This document shows positions 63,940-64,000 of a stretch of 64,000 bases of DNA, in pieces (the stretch's first letter is position 1; the number at the start of each line of letters is the position of its first letter). The notes below the pieces were generated by a model. That model had not been told where the DNA came from. It ran no database searches and worked only from the letters and a program-made list of their open reading frames with translations. This DNA comes from an uncultured delta proteobacterium (GTDB lineage: Bacteria > Desulfobacterota > Syntrophobacteria > Syntrophobacterales > Syntrophobacteraceae). The stretch covers positions 1 to 64,000 of the forward strand of contig CAWEHK010000018.1 of the NCBI GenBank assembly GCA_963808625.1, read 5' to 3'. Made by a program: the position numbers and the translations under genes.

Positions 63940-64000
63940 AGTCAGTTCTCCTTGCTTCTCATAGTGCTATCTCAGGTTTGCTCCACAGACAGGGGTTACC

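Noticed and set aside
63945..64000. 3' end of the gene upstream of the hydrogenase large subunit
   Set aside because: Too short to assign a frame or product.

Overview
A GC-rich bacterial chromosome segment. Gene content (Tmc-like complex with tetraheme cytochrome c3, group 1 [NiFe] hydrogenase, fhs/folD, Kdo transferase) suggests an anaerobic Desulfobacterota, probably Syntrophobacterales-like (inference). Many otherwise intact genes, including housekeeping ones, are split by single-base frameshifts, most simply explained by long-read assembly indels. 1-9.5 kb is a defence-island-like region: a large GHKL(sacsin-like)+SF2 helicase, a truncated DUF499 ATPase fused to a higB remnant, orphan higA, an uncharacterised 3-gene operon ending in a ComEC-like metallo-beta-lactamase, and a DUF4258/DUF2283 TA pair. 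Next come core genes (tsaE, nnr, acpS, pdxJ, ybeY, 7TM-HD, phoH), a TPP-riboswitch-controlled thiGHSE operon, an archaeal-type AAA ATPase, a gcvT-glyA fusion and ltaE. A 3.2-kb accessory insert lies between a full and a 5'-truncated arfB; it carries a pair of 242-bp inverted repeats around a Clp-fold serine protease module, plus vapBC. The rest holds a Cache-HAMP-PP2C phosphatase, an atypical Lon protease, fhs-folD, a Tmc-like operon with a probable selenocysteine codon, waaA, asnS and hydrogenase genes. Several families of palindromic REP/MITE-like repeats occupy intergenic spaces. No tRNA, rRNA or CRISPR array was recognised. All family assignments come from motif recognition, not database searches.
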